Source: Antedon mediterranea (lineage: Eukaryota; Animalia; Echinodermata). From it: DNA of 64,000 nt. The translations under genes and the position numbers were made by a program. The DNA lies in the NCBI RefSeq assembly GCF_964355755.1, contig NC_092673.1, positions 34,965,648-35,029,647 of the forward strand, read 5' to 3'. Under the pieces are notes generated by a model that saw nothing but the letters and a program-made list of their open reading frames with translations, did no database searches and was not told where the DNA came from. Positions 63,734-64,000 of the stretch are shown piece after piece. Numbering within the stretch: position 1 is the stretch's first letter; each line of letters starts with the position of its first letter.

Positions 63734-64000
63734 CAATCAAGATTTTTCTAAAAGAACATCAAAAAGCATCGTATAAAGATATGAACCAAATGGGAACAGC
63801 AGTTTTTAATGAAGAACATAAAGTTAACATTGCAGACTTATTCACTGATCTCAAGTTACTTCAATCTACAAAAGGAAAACTGGTTGACCAAGCAACCAGA
63901 CGGCAGGATGCTAAACATACAAATTTGAATGAAGTATTGAAGATTATAAAATCTGACCATTCATGTAAAGTTCTAATAACAGGTAAAGGGGGGATGGGAA
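63734..64000 (+). CDS. NLR gene 2 NACHT exon, 5' part (runs off the window)
   Basis: tttaacAG acceptor. IKIFLKEHQKASYKDMNQMGTAVFNEEHKVNIADLFTDLKLL...CKVLITGKGGMG is a close paralog of 4301-4567. Confidence 0.92.

Overview
AT-rich animal genomic DNA (spliceosomal introns, LINE/LTR/Penelope retroelements, MITEs, satellites). The NLR type suggests a marine invertebrate, possibly an echinoderm; this is inference. The window holds two tandem + strand NLR (NACHT-LRR) paralogs. Gene 1 is seen only as one ~9.75-kb terminal exon (4301-14046): NACHT followed by about 21 copies of a ~118-132 aa four-LRR super-repeat, each with a Tyr/Trp-rich loop that varies in length and sequence. Gene 2 can be assembled by hand from eight coding exons joined by phase-1 introns (28450 to beyond 64000). 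Its predicted architecture is DED-DED / TRADD-N-like x2 / acidic linker / DED-DED / DED-DED / linker / NACHT, running off the window. Introns and intergenic DNA carry a disrupted CR1/L2-group LINE with a 2A-like motif, an internally deleted Gmr1-like Gypsy element plus a solo LTR, Penelope-like elements with minimal hammerhead ribozymes, a repeated tRNA-Asp(ATC)-like cassette inserted in (TA)n, several MITEs, a 1.6-kb palindromic IS3EU-like element, and large satellite arrays. All domain calls come from motif recognition by eye, not database searches.
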